The translations under genes and the position numbers were made by a program. DNA of 64,000 nucleotides from the human T2T-CHM13v2.0 reference genome, Homo sapiens, in assembly GCF_009914755.1 (NCBI RefSeq), contig NC_060926.1, one strand, 5' to 3'. Position 1 is the stretch's first letter. Each line of letters opens with the position of its first letter. The notes under the pieces were generated by a model. That model was given only the letters and a program-made list of their open reading frames with translations, did no database searches and was not told where the DNA came from. Positions 12,788 to 25,800 of the stretch are shown piece after piece.

Positions 12788-15069
12788 TTTATATCAGCTA
12801 ACTCTGAGTTTATCACATTGTAGATATGAAGCCAAAAAAGGGTAGAAAATCTAACATGGAGTCTCAGTGTGTGGCTCTGGGGTGGGGCCCACAGCATGTT
12901 TCAAAAGTTCCGTAAATAAGATCACCTGAAAAGCAATGAAAAGAATGTTCGGTAGGAAGCCAGATTTTTTTATTTTTTTTTTTTTAAGATTTTCATAGCA
13001 AAGCTAAGAAAAAGTAGCAATAAATGCTCTTAATTTTAGGAAAAAGAGAGTAAAGTTTTTAATTTATTTTTAGTAGTCAGTGTAATAGATTAATGAGGAT
13101 GAAAGTCAAACAGGAGAGGTCAATGGAAGAGTTGGGGCAGAGAGGAAATAAGGACAATAGGAGTCAAAACCACTTTCCTCTAAGAATTGCTTACATACAT
13201 TGACTAGTATCTTTCATAGGATTTTGTCAGCTAATTAGTACATATAATTCATCCATAAATCTTAATTACTGAGTCATATTATTCTGAACTAAATTATTCT
13301 CCCTCCATGACTCAGTGCTATGGAAAACATAAATATATTGCTCACATCACCCTAATAAACATGAAAGGTAAGAAAACTATGCACTAAAGGAAGTTTTTAA
13401 GAAAAAAAACTTTTCAAGTCAGTTTCTATTGGGGAAAGCAACCATTGAGAATGTAATCTATATTACAAATGTTCCTGAAAAGACAATTATACAGCAATTC
13501 AAAAAGATGTGTGTGTCTCATCATAGCATTTTGACCAGCTTTGATTTACAGAGGAGTTAATTGGTAAATCATAACAATAGTAGGAAGTGCCTCCTGATGA
13601 GAGACTCCTCCAGTGTTACTGTAATTTCTATAAAATGTTTCCTCTTTGATACTCCTTGTTTATGATAGATAGATTAAGACCATTCTTTGCACCAGGCATA
13701 ACAAATGGAATTCCCTTTTTTATTTTCTAGTTTCTTAGAAGAAAATGTTTTAATAATATGCTTTGATTAATATATGCCATTTCATGTGAGGCAGTCTAAT
13801 TTACTCATAAAATACTTTATATTCTGTTTATGTGTTAGTTTAACCTTTATTTCGGTTTCATGTTATAATGATATACTTATTTATGTTTGTGCTCTTGACC
13901 AAAATCTAATTTTAGGTTACACTTATTTATTCTTTTTAAAGATTCTACCACTGAATGGAAACATGGCATTGTTTAATTTTATTTTAAGTGGCAAACCTCA
14001 GTAGGGATTATACACTGGTAATAAACCCATTTGGGAAATGAAATTGATTGTGAAAACATATCACCAATTTCTTTAGGCCAGTATCATTTAAGTTATTCAA
14101 AGTGAGAATTTTAAACTGAATCATGTAGATCCATTTTGAACTTTGTTTATGAGAGGGCAAAATAATCTGGGTCTGTGAGCCAGGGACTATGTATCTTTAG
14201 TCCCTTAGCCACTCTTGTCCTCACTTGTCTCATTTACAGAGTGAGAAAATTGGAGTACATGTCTTCCATGGTACCTGCAACTCTGTGATCCTATGGTTTG
14301 CTTTCTTTCTACTTCATGAGTGTGACTCCAGTGTGTACAGGCAAAAATATGTCAAAGATATAGCCCTAAGTCTAGGGCCTTGTGAACTCTCCATAAATAA
14401 ATAATTGAATCAGTAAATGAAGGATACTTTGAAAGGAAATCAACATAAATAAAGCCTCCCTGTCTAAATCTGCTCTTCCCTTTGCTTGGAATTTTTTTCC
14501 CCCAGTTCTTCATATGGCAAGCTCATCATCACTCTTATTGCAGATCAACTGTCACCTGACTCCTCTACCTTCTCCTTTGTTGCCACCTGTCCCAGGGAAA
14601 TAGTGAAAATGCTTTATAAGGTTTCAGTTCCCTGCATTCCCCAAGAAAAATTATGTTCAGAAAACTTCTCCAAGAGATTTATTTTACTTATTTAGTTGTC
14701 CTAGTAATCATAAACACATTAGTTTGACATAATGAGTTAAACAGTGTACCTGAAGAAATTGAACATTCAAATGTAGTGAATTTAACTGATTAAAAGAGAG
14801 TGTTCTTTGGAGATTAAGCAATAATTGCAGATGTTTCATTTACTGCTTTAAAAATTCTGATTCGAGAGACTTAAACGTTCAAAGCATTTGAATAGATTAC
14901 TAAACATTGAGTCTAAAATATGCAAAACCAATTGATTCTATTTTTGGCCCAGAATGCAACATTTATAATAAAAACTTAATGTATCAGCTAAAGCCTTATT
15001 AAAGTAGTAAATTTACCCTCATAAAATTGGGAGAATCACTGTGATAGAATTAGGATCCTCTAGACTGTG

Positions 15070-15228
15070 AGTTTCCTTGTTTTTGATGATCTTGACAGTT
15101 TTGTGTAATGATGGCCAGAAATTTATACAATGCCCTCAATTGGGTTTGTCTGGTGTTTTCCTTATAATTAGACTAGGATTATGGGCTTTTTGAAGAATGA
15201 CTACAGAGGTGAAATGCTATTTTCATGT
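15070..15228 (-). mobile_element. Old L1MC-type 3' fragment
   Basis: TTGATGATCTTGACAGTTTT..TGCCCTCAATTGGGTTTGTCTGGTGTTTTCC is typical of antisense L1MC 3' sequence. Confidence 0.55.
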
Positions 15229-15329
15229 AAGAGAGTTTTGCATTCTGTTTACCATGATTAGATATCACTCCATCTAATGGTCTGAAATTATGTTATACAG
15301 ATTACATGTTACTCATAGAAAATTTTTTA

Positions 15330-15493
15330 TAAGTTGATTTATTTACCTAATATCTGTCTCTCACAAAATAGAAGGTAAGCTCCATGAAAGCAAGTATTTG
15401 CCTGTCTTGGCCATCACTCTATCCCTGGAGTATATGAAGAGTGTCAGACACATAATAGGACTGTGATTAATATTTGTTGAGTGAGTGAATAAA
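15330..15493 (+). mobile_element. L2 3' end
   Basis: TAGAAGGTAAGCTCCATGAAAGCAAG..CAGACACATAATAGG..AATATTTGTTGAGTGAGTGAAT is the L2 terminal motif. Confidence 0.75.
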
Positions 15494-15589
15494 AGAGCGA
15501 GAAATTGTATCTTGGGTGTAAGTAGCTGAATCCCATCTTAACTCCAGCTGAATGCTGTAGTCAATATATACTATACTGTGCCAAGGTAC

Positions 15590-16138
15590 TATATGAAGTC
15601 AGGGTTCTCTGGAGTTATAGAACTAATAGGATAGATGTATTTGTGCAGGGAAGTTTATTAGGAGAATTGACTCACATGATCACAAGGTAAAGTCCCACAA
15701 TAGTTCATCTACAATCTGGGGATCCAAGAAGCCAGTCTGAGTCCTAAAACTCAAAAGAAGGGAATCCAATAGTGTAGCCTTCAGTCTGTGGCCGAAGGCC
15801 CAACAGCCCCTGGCAAATCACTGGTATAAGTTTAAGAGTCCAAAAGCTGAAGAACTTGGAGTCTGATGTTCCAGGGCAAGAAAGCACACAGCATGGGAGA
15901 AAGATGGAGGCCAGAAGACTTAGCCAGTGTAGTCTTTCACATTCTTATGTCTGCTTTTATTCTAGCCATGCTGGCAGCTGATTAGATTGTGCCCACCCAG
16001 ATTGAGGGTGGGTCTCCATCTCCCAGTTCACTGACTCAAATGTTAATCTCCTTTGGCGACAGTCTCACAGACATATCCAGGAACAATACTTTGCATCCTT
16101 CAATTAAATCAAGTTGACACTAAATATTAACCATCACA
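15590..16138 (-). repeat. 3' LTR (MLT2A2-like)
   Basis: The minus strand starts TGTGATGGTTAATATTTAGTGTCAACTTGA. Homologous to 20553-21097. Confidence 0.9.
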
Positions 16139-16486
16139 AGTCCACCCCTTGTCAACTTGAACCCATACATGTCTCCTGAAATCATACATAATCTTCAAAT
16201 AAAAATGATAGTAAGGTCATAATTACACCTTACGTAATACAGCTATCTTTCTGACAACCAAAAACACACCAATCCCCAACCCAAATGCTATTTCATAAAG
16301 AAAACAGCACTTAAATGCTGACAGGAAGTCAACAAATCTTATGCCCCATGATAAAGAAAAAAGAAAAACAATAAAATGAGGACATTTTCTTAATACGAGT
16401 GTATACATGCACAAAAATGTTCTTTACAAAATAAGGAGGAAATACTCATGAAGTTATACTCCTTGTTTCTGCAAATAGTCATGTTG

Positions 16487-17896
16487 TCATAGCTGGTATT
16501 GATGACTACCTTCTTCTAGTACCCATTCTGTATTCCCATTGCCTTCAGCAAGCACCTCAGCCTCAACAGATTGTGGTGTTTTACCTGGTGGAATGACCCA
16601 AACCTTCATTCCTGAAGGGTCTGGGCCATTTTTAGTCCTGCCTGGACTGGGCTGTTGTAGTTTCCCATTTACCTTAATCACAGGGCATGGTAATACTAAG
16701 AGACGCCTAATGGATCTCCTGTATTCCATGCATACTCTTCCTTATCTCCATTGTGGAGTAGTAGACTAATTTCATCTTAATAGCCCTGGTCAGTCAGCTC
16801 AGACAACACTGTAACACCCTTCTTAGCCTTTTGACTTAGAGATAGGAGGAGCCCACAGTGTCCAGATGCCAATCTTAACTTCCAGTTTAATGGAATCATT
16901 GTGTCTCCTGGTGGCAGAGTTTCTCCCTCCAAAACTAAGATCCCTAGGCCAGCAGAAAGTAATGCTGTGGGAACAGGTGGCAAAACTTTTGCTAGTGGAT
17001 CACTAGGAGTGATGGTGAGTGGTGCCACTTCCATTTCCACCCCTTGAGTCCTGGACCCGTGAATCCTGCCTATGGGAGAAACAGTACCATATGTTGGATG
17101 CAGATTCAGAGCATACATATACAGCCTTCTGGAGAACTTTGCCTCAACCCTGCAAAGTATTGACAGCTAGTTGGCATTGTAATTATGACTTCAAAAGGCC
17201 ATTCCACTGTTCCATCAATCCAGCTGCTTCAGGATGGTAAGACCAGTGAATTCTATGATCACAAGCCCACTGCTGCACTTCTTTAGCTGTAAAGTGAGTG
17301 ACTTGGTCAGAGGCAATGCTATGTGGAATGCCATGATGGAGGATAAGGCATTCCATGAGGCCAGGGATGGTAGTCTTGGCAGTAGCATTGCATGCAGGAT
17401 AGGCAAACCCATATCCAGAGTAAGTGTCTATTTCAATGAGGACAAACCACTGCCCTTTCCATGATGAAAGAGGTCTAATATAATTAACCTGCCATCAAGG
17501 AGCTGGCTGATAACCCTGAGGAATGGTACCATATCGAGGGCTCAGTGCTGGTCTCTGCTGCTGGCAAACTGGGCACTCAGCAGTAGCCATAGCCAGGTCA
17601 GCTTTGGGGAGTGGAAGTCCATGTTGCTGAGCCCATGCATCACCTCCATTCCTGCCATCATGGCCAATTTGTTTACATGCCCATTGAGTAATGATAGGAG
17701 AGGCTAGGGATAGAGACTGAGTGGTGTCCACAGAATGAGTCATCCTATCCACTTGATTATTAAAATCCTCTTCTGCTGAGGTAGAGTAACTCTTTGGTGA
17801 GCTCTCACATGACATACAAATATCTTCAGTTGTTGACCACTGGGAGAGGTCCATCTGCACACCTTCTTCCCAAATTTCTTTGTCACCAATTTTCAA
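16487..17896 (-). pseudogene. HERV-L integrase and dUTPase remnants (frameshifted)
   Basis: ORFs contain GHDGRNGGDAWAQQHGLPL..AECPVCQQ (HHCC-like) and LPPGDTMIPLNWKLRLASGHCGLLL..KKGVTVL (dUTPase). Confidence 0.85.
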
Positions 17897-19209
17897 TCAT
17901 GCTTCTTCCAAATCCTTGACCATCCAGCCAAACCATTGGCTACAGCCCATGAATCAGTATATAATGGCACATCTGGCCATTTCCCCTTCCAAGCAAAGTC
18001 CACAGCCAGGTGCACTGCTCGAAATTCTCACCACTGGGAAGATTTCCCTTCACTACTGTCCTTCAGGGACGTTTTAAAAAGGGGCTGTTGTGCTGCAGCT
18101 GTCCACTTTTGGGTGGTGTCCGCATATCTTGCAGAACCATCTGTAAACTAGGTTCTTGTATACTCTTGCTCTGTCAATTGATCATAGAGAACTCTGTATG
18201 AGGCCATTGGTGCAGGCTGGGAGAGAGATGGCAAGGTGGCAGGAATGGAGACTACGGGCATTTGAGCCACTTCCTCATGTAACTTACTTGTGTACTCAGG
18301 ACCTGCTCTAGCCCTATCACCTATATACCACTTCCATTTGATGGAATTCCATAGAATGCTCCTATGCATGCCCCACTTTAGGCCTAGATGGGTCAGAAAA
18401 CACCCAGTTCATGATAGGCAGTTCTGGTCACATGGTGACTTGATGATCCATAGTCAAACATTCAGATTGTACCAAAGCCCAGTAGCAGGCCAAGATCCTC
18501 TCTTGGATAACTACTCTCTTAAAAGGAGAGTAGTTATCTGCAGAAGTAGTTATCTGCAGAAGACCTTGCTCCAAAATCCTAGAGGTCTCTGCTCTGATTT
18601 ACCTATGGGGGCCTGACAAAGGCTCCAAATGACATCCCTATCTGTCACTGATACCTCAAACACCATTGGATCTGCTGGGCCATGTGGCCCAAGTGGCAGA
18701 GCAGCTTATACAGTAGCCTGGACCTGTTGCAGAGCCTTCTCCTGTTCTGGACCCCACTCAAAACTGTCAACCTTTCAGGTCACTCGATAAATGGGCCAGA
18801 GTAACACACACAAATGAGGAATGTTTTGCCTCCAAAATTCACATAGGCTGACTAGGCATTGTGCCTCTTTCTTGGTTGTAGGAGGGGCCAAATGCAGCAC
18901 CTTACCCTTCATCTTAGAAGGAATATCTCAACAGGCCCCACACCACTGGACCCCTAGAAATTTTACTGAGATAGAAGTTCCCTGAATTTTAGTTGGATTT
19001 ATTTCCCATCCTTCTGTACACAAATGTCTCACCAACAAGTCCAATGTGTTTGCTACTTCTTGCTCACTGGATCCAATCAGCATAATGTCATCAATGTAAT
19101 GGACCAGTGTGATGTCTTGTGGAAGGGAAGAGCCATCAGGATCTCTCCAAACAAGATTATAACACAGAACCGGACAGTTGATATACCACTGATGTAGGAC
19201 AGTAAAGGT

Positions 19210-19719
19210 TTATTGCTGGCCTTGCCAGCTGCAGGCAAATTGCTTCTGGTCAGCCTTATGGACAGGAATGCAGAAAAAGGCATTTGCCAAATCAATGGCT
19301 GCATACCAGGGACCATGAGATGTATTAATTTGTTCAAGCAATGAAACCACATCTGGTACAGCAGTTGCAAATGGAGTCACTCCTTGGTTAAGCTTACAAT
19401 AATCCACTGTCATTCTCCAAGATGCATTCATCTTCTGCACAGGCCAAATAGGAGAGTTGAGCTGGGCTTTGTTGGGAATCACCATCCTTGCATCTTTCAA
19501 GTCCTTGATGGTGGCATTAATCTCTGTAATCCCTCCAGGGATGCAATATTGTTTTTGATGTACCATTTTTCTAGGTAGAGGAAACTCTAATGACTTCCAT
19601 TTGTCCTTTCCCACCATAATAGCTCTCACTTTAACAGTAAACACCTGGCAAGGCCGTGCATGCACCTTTTGTTGCAGGTCAGCCACTTGCATGATAAGAG
19701 CTTGTGTCTGATTTTCCAC
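19210..19719 (-). pseudogene. HERV-L gag N-terminal part fused in frame to the RT N-terminus
   Basis: ENQTQALIMQVADLQQKV..VKVRA is followed directly by IMVGKDKWK..QKQYCIPGG..NSPIWPVQK..WRMTVDY..AAIDLANAFF. Confidence 0.85.
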
Positions 19720-20094
19720 AACTTTAGCTCTTTCTCTACAGGAGATAAGTTATTTCTCCTATTCAGAGAAATCTGAGAAGATTTGAAGCTCACTATATGC
19801 CTCTGGATCCAGGAAAGAAAATCCCCGAGATTATCATTTTCTTTCATCACTTTGTCCAGTTAACTTAGGAGCAACCAACCAACTTCATTATATTCATTGG
19901 TTCTCCACATATGGTCAAATGTATTATGTATAGAGTTACTAAACTCCTTGCCCCTCATGAGGGGTGAATCAGGAGCATCAAATAAACTTATTTTGCATAA
20001 CTCTCTAAACAATTCATGCCAAGGACTATCAGTGTTCTGCATACTATTAGAAAGAGACTCCTTAGAATTTTGAGGTCTAATCACATTAAGCAGC

Positions 20095-20465
20095 AGTATT
20101 AGTCTGTTCTCAAACTGCTAATAAAGACAGACCTAAGACTGAGTAATTTATAAAGTAAAGAGGTTTACTTGACTCACAGTTCCACATGGCTGGGAAGTTC
20201 TCACAATCATGGTGGAAGGTGAATGAGAAGCAAAGTCATGTCTAGCATGTCAGCAGGCAACAGAGAATGAGAGCCAAGTGAAAGAGGAAACCCCTTATAA
20301 AATCATCAGATCTCATGAGACTTATTTACTACCAGGAGAACAGTATGAGAAAAATTGCCCCCATGATTCAATTATCTCCCACTGGGTCTCTCCCACAACA
20401 TGTAGGAATAATGGGAGCTACAACTCAAGTTAAGATTTGGGTGGCGATCCAGCCAAACCATATCA
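20095..20465 (-). mobile_element. THE1 solo LTR nested in the HERV-L leader/gag start
   Basis: Runs from (A)GTATTAGTCTGTTCTCA to CAGCCAAACCATATCA. A perfect 5-bp TSD GCAGC lies at 20090-20094 and 20466-20470. Confidence 0.92.
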
Positions 20466-20530
20466 GCAGCCAACTCCAGAAACCCTGAAACCAACTAAAT
20501 AAATCCATCCTTAAGATTCTGTGGCTCTAG

Positions 20531-20552
20531 AACCACTCCTGGTACAAAAATC
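20531..20552 (-). promoter_or_regulatory. HERV-L primer-binding site (tRNA-Leu type, degenerate)
   Basis: The minus strand reads GATTTTTGTACCAGGAGTGGTT directly after the 5' LTR. Confidence 0.7.
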
Positions 20553-21097
20553 TGTATTAGAGTTCTCTAGAGGGACAGAACTAATATGATAGATATATAT
20601 ATGAAGGTGAGTTTATTAGGAGTATTGACTCACATGATCACAAGGTGAAGTCTCACAATAGGTTGTCTACAAGCTGAGGGGCCAGGAAGCCAATCTGAGT
20701 CCCCAAATCTCAAAAGTAGGGAAGTCAATAGTGCAGCCCTCGGTCTGTGGCTAAAGGCCCGAGTGCCCCTGGCAAATCGCTGGTGTAAGTTTAAGAATCC
20801 AAAAGCTGAAGAACTTGGAGTTTGTTGTTTCAGGGCAAGAAGCATCCAGCATGGGAGAAAGATGGAGGCCACAAGACTTAGCCAGTGTGGACTTTCCAGG
20901 TTCTTCTGCCTGCTTTTATTCTAGCCATTCTGGCAGCTGATTAGATTGTGCCCACCCTGATTGAGGGTGGGTCTGCACCTCCCAGTTCACTGACTCAAAT
21001 GTTAATCTCCTTTGGTGACACTCTCACAGACACACCCAGTAACAATGCTTTGCATCCTTTAATTCAATCAAGTTGACACTTAATATTAACCATCAAA
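20553..21097 (-). repeat. 5' LTR (MLT2A2-like)
   Basis: Homologous to 15590-16138. The plus strand starts TGTATTAGAGTTCTCTAGAGGGACAGAACTAATA. Confidence 0.9.
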
Positions 21098-22669
21098 TCA
21101 GGAAGAACAGCGTTTACTCAAATTCAGTTATAAAGATCTGGCATGTATCATTTGGGAGGTGTATCACATTAGTATTCAATAAGAACATAGAAAACAGAGG
21201 CAATTTAATAGCAGGAATTAGCTACTAAGATGTTAGAAGGTTGAAAAAGCCAAATCAAGGAAGGAAAAATTAGGAACAGCAGGATGACGCTACTCCATAA
21301 AGCTGAGGAAGAATGAGGGACAAGTTCACTACCCATAGCCCATGATTATTGTACTTCCGGAGCTAAGTTGCCTGAGAGGAAATGGCACTTGCCTGTGTTG
21401 CTTTTTCTGCTTCTCTAGTAGCCACTGCTAGAAGCACTGCCAGAGCTGAAAAAAAAAAGGCCTTGTCTTTCTTCCTAACTTTCAATCTTCTTTAGTGCTT
21501 CCCATTGACAATAGGTGACTAACAGGCAGCCTTCGGGCAAGGGAGTCCAGGGAATGTATTCAAAGGCTTCCCGTGCCAGGAAAAGAGAAGGGTTGGTTGA
21601 GAGATACCAGTCACACTGAGCAAAGGAGGAATGACTGTAATATAGTTGAGATTTTATACAGTCAATAAGGTAAGTAAATTTTACTAAAAAACTATTACGA
21701 ACAACACTTACAAATTATAAACAAGGTATTGTGCTACATGTTTGGGAAACTCAAAATGTATAAGAAATTAATACAAACCTTGGCTATTATGGAGGCTACT
21801 ATAGTGAGAACACACACATACATAACTTAAAATATTCAAAGCAGGTGGTGATAAATATCCTAATAAGAATATAAACCAAGTAGTAACCAAGGACAACAAA
21901 AAAGGACATTAACTTTATCCAGATGTTTCCCCAGTTAATGTTAATGACTTTCTTCTTTGTCCTTAGTTACTGCTTTGTTTATATTCTTATTAAGATATTT
22001 TCAACCCCTTTGTGCTTCACTTTACTCCTTTATAAAATAAGAATAATAGTGAAAATAATAGCACCGTCTTCAACAGATTATGAGAGTATGATGGAGCCAT
22101 CCATCAAAAGCTGAAAGTAAAATATTACAACAATCCTCAGACAAAATAAGGGCTTGTAAATGTTTATTAGTTTCTTATAAATGTCTTGATTGTTAATTAA
22201 AAAGCAAAACAAAATGAAGAGAAGGAGTTGGGTACTTTCCAGTGATCTGTGTCCTTTTAACATAACCTATGGACAGATGCTTTGATTACTAGACACAAGT
22301 ATTCTATGTTCTTTGCAAGTATATCTTAGTAGTGAAAAATAAATTTTACAAATCACAAGTTGAAACTTGACATCTAATAAATAATTTACAAAAATCTTAA
22401 GTATATTAAAAATTTAACTCTGACTGCTTTCAAGTGCATTTAATATTGCAGTTAACACATATTTGGTTAAAGATTGAATAAAATCACTAATCAGTTGTTC
22501 TTTTGTCTATTAAGAACTTACGGAATTTTAGGTACAATGCAGTCTTTAAGGGATTTTTTCAAAGTTTATGAACCATGGAGAATACTAGACAGGAAGTGGC
22601 ATGTTCTGACTTAATTTTTAATATAGTTAATAATAAAGGGAAAGGAAATTTATGGAGATTATTGTAAAA

Positions 22670-22836
22670 CTACTACAATTATTCAGGTCAGAGATGAAGT
22701 CAGGTGAAAAGTCGTTGAGTTTTGTGTTTTAAAGGCAGAGCAGACAGAATTTGCTAATGGATTGGGTGTGAGTTTGAAGGAAAGTGGAATTCAAAGATTA
22801 CCCTCGAGGTTTTTAGCCTGAGCAATTAGAAGATGG
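22670..22836 (-). mobile_element. L2 fragment
   Basis: CAGAATTTGCTAATGGATTGGGTGTGAG..AGGTTTTTAGCCTGAGCAATTAGAAGATG is a typical antisense L2 motif. Confidence 0.65.
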
Positions 22837-22849
22837 GGGCACCAGATTT

Positions 22850-25800
22850 TAAAAGGAGAACATGGTGTCTCCATCTTCTAAGGAACTAGGAACGAGTAAG
22901 TTGAACTGGCAAGGAGCAACCTGCTCTCGCCATGAGTCTCTGGAATCCTAGCAAGAGGAGACACTTCAACCACCATGGACACACGAGTTGGCAGGGAGAG
23001 CTGCTTAGAAGTGTGGTAAGGGCAGCAAGGCAGCTAAAGTAGAGCCCAGGGGGTTTGGTGCAGGAGTGTCTATAGTGGATCACCAGGGAAGCCCATCTCC
23101 CTAGGCTCGACTTGGTCCCACAAGAGACTTTAGCCCTGGGGGAACTGTCAGACTTGAACTCTGCAGTCCAGTCTTGCCCATTAGATGGGGTCAGTTTGTC
23201 CTGAGCACCCCTGGTCTGCTGGCTTCTCTTGGGGCTCCAGCCTCAGTCTACCTGCTTGCAGGGCAGCCTTGAGTGCCCTGGGGGCCCACATCATAACTTC
23301 TGCAGGGGCAGACCATGGCTGACTAGCAGAGAGCTCTGGCAGGGTGGCCCCTATGGCCATACATCAGCCTGCTCCCTCTCTACACTGCAGCTTCCCTGAG
23401 GCCCACAGCAAAACCCCACATCGTTTTGCCTGCACATTTGTGTACTGGTGGGTTTTGCCTTCCTTGTCCTGCCAGTGCACATGTATGCATCCACCCTGCC
23501 CTGTCACAGCTGCAGTGGCAGTGCACTCTGCCCCCCTCCCCCTGCCAGACTACCATCGCAGTGGCATCCTTGGCAGACACAGAGCCTGCCAGCCCCACCC
23601 CTACCAGTGTCCCACCCTTACACCAACACTGCTGTGTGAGTGAAACTAGGCACAGAGAACAGCAGGCCCTCCCCCTCCCTGAGCAATTATCCCTGCCTAC
23701 AGCCACAGAGAATGCACACAGACCTGTGCCTGCCAGCACTCTCTCCTGTGCTACCACCACCACCCTCACAATCACATGCAAAGTCAGCAGCAAGGCTACC
23801 CCCTCCCCTCAAAGCCATGCTGTCTCTGCCACTGTGGTGAATGGCCACATGGAGGCAGGCACACTGGCACCTACTAGCTACCTGTTGCACCTGATAGGCA
23901 TGTACTTTGGCACACTGCTGCTGCCACTGCTGGTGACGTGTGTGAACAAGGACAATCCCGCTGCCACCACATTACAAAATACTTTGGCCAACACCACCCA
24001 TGGAAGTGTAGGGACCTGTGGTTTGGGAGCACCTCAGCCCCTGAAGACAATAGAGTCCTAACCTCGAAGAGCCAGAGAACAAAGTTGGGGCCCAATACAA
24101 GTCCCCTAGAGTTAGAGCACACAGTCCAGGAATTGGGAGCTGAGCATTGGCCCCTTAAAATCTTTCAGAAACAAACTCAGTAGGCTGAATCCACCTTATA
24201 TCACAAACCCTCAAGGTCATCAAATAGGATAAAATTTAAAAAAAAAATTCATCCAAAGGTCAGCAACTTTAAAGATTAAAGAAACATCAGCCCACAAAAT
24301 GAGGGAAAAAAAACAATGCAAGAACTCTCACAACTCAAAAAGCCAGAGTGCCTTCTTTCCTACAAATAACTGTACTGCCTCTCCAGCAAGTGTTCTGAAC
24401 CAGGGTGAGATGCCTGAAATGACAGAAATAGAATTCAGAATATAGATAGGAGTGAAGATCATTGAGATGCAGGAGTACTTTGAAACCCAATCTAAGGAGG
24501 CTAAGTATCACAATAAGAAGAGACAGAAGCTGACAGACAAAATAGCCAGTATAGAAAAGAACATGTCTGACCTGATAGAGCTGAAAAACACACTACAATA
24601 ATTTCATAATGCAATCACAAGTATTAATAGCAGAATAGATCAAGCTGAGGAAAGAATCTCAGAGCCTGATATGGTTTGGCTGTGTCCTCCCACATGTTGT
24701 GGGAGGGACCCAGTGAGAGGTAATTGAATCATGGGGGCAAGTCTTTCACATTCTGTTCCCGTGATAGTGAATACATCTCATGAGATCTGATGGTTTTTTA
24801 AAAAGGAGTTCCCTTGCACAGATTCTCTCCCTTTGCCTGCTTCCATCAACTTAAGATGTGACTTGCTCCTCCTTGCCTTCCACCATGATTGCGAGGCCTC
24901 CCCAGCTATATGGAACTTTAAGTCCATTAAACCTCTTTCTTTTGTAAATTGCCCAGTCTCGAGTATGTCTTTAACAGTAGTGTGAAAACAGAGTAATACA
25001 GTAAACTGGTACCAGTAGAGTGGGGTGCTGCTGAAAACATACCTGAAAATGTGGAAGTAACTTCAGAAGTGGGTTACAGGCAGAGGTTGGAACAGTTTGT
25101 AGGGTGCAGAAGAAGACAGGACAATGTAGGAAAGTTTGGAATTCCCTAGAGGCTTCTTGAATGGTTTTGACCAAAATGCTGATAATGATATGGACAATAA
25201 AATCCAGGCTGAGGTGGCCTCAGATGGAATTGAGGAAATTGTTGGGAACTGGAGCAAAGGTGACTCTTGTTATATTTTAGCAAAGAGACTGGTGGCACTT
25301 TGCTCTTGCCCTAGAGATTTGTGAAACTTTGTACTTGGGAGGGATGATTTGGGGTATCTGACAGAATAAATTTCTAAGCAGCAAATAACTCAAGAGGTGA
25401 CTTGGGTGGTGTGAAAGGCATTCAGTTTTATAAGGGAAGCAGAGCATAAAAGTTCAGACAATTTGCAGCCTAACAGTGCAACAGAAAAGAAAATCCCTTT
25501 TTCTGAGGAGAAATTCAAGCCAGCTGCAGAAATCTGCATGAATAATGAGGAGCTGAATGTTAATCCTGAAGACAATGTGGAAAATGTCTCCAGGGCATGT
25601 TAGAGGTCTTCTTGGCAGGCCCTCTCATCACAGGCCTGGAGGTCTACAAGGAAAAAATGGTTTCATGGGTAGGCCCAGGGTCCACATGCTGTGTGCCACC
25701 TAGGGACTTGGTGCCCTGCATCTCAGCCACTCCAGCTGTGGCTGAAAGGGACCAATGTAGAGCTCAGGCCATGGCTTCAGAGGGTGCAAGCCCCAAGTCT

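Larger units (their letters stand above)
15590..21097 (-). mobile_element. HERV-L provirus with two MLT2A-type LTRs, internally deleted, carrying a nested THE1 LTR
   Basis: Has paired LTRs, a PBS-like sequence next to the 5' LTR and a PPT-like GACAAGGGGTGGACT (minus, 16139-16153). Minus-strand ORF remnants of gag, RT, integrase and dUTPase are present. Confidence 0.93.

Noticed and set aside
21160-21620. Possible ancient LTR (LTR78-like), with a similar stretch at ~53970-54460
   Set aside because: The resemblance is too weak to call without a profile search.
23344-24183. Cluster of overlapping ORFs up to 211 aa
   Set aside because: They lie in the GC-rich 5' UTR of an old L1, where stop codons are rare on both strands. 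No protein motif is recognisable.
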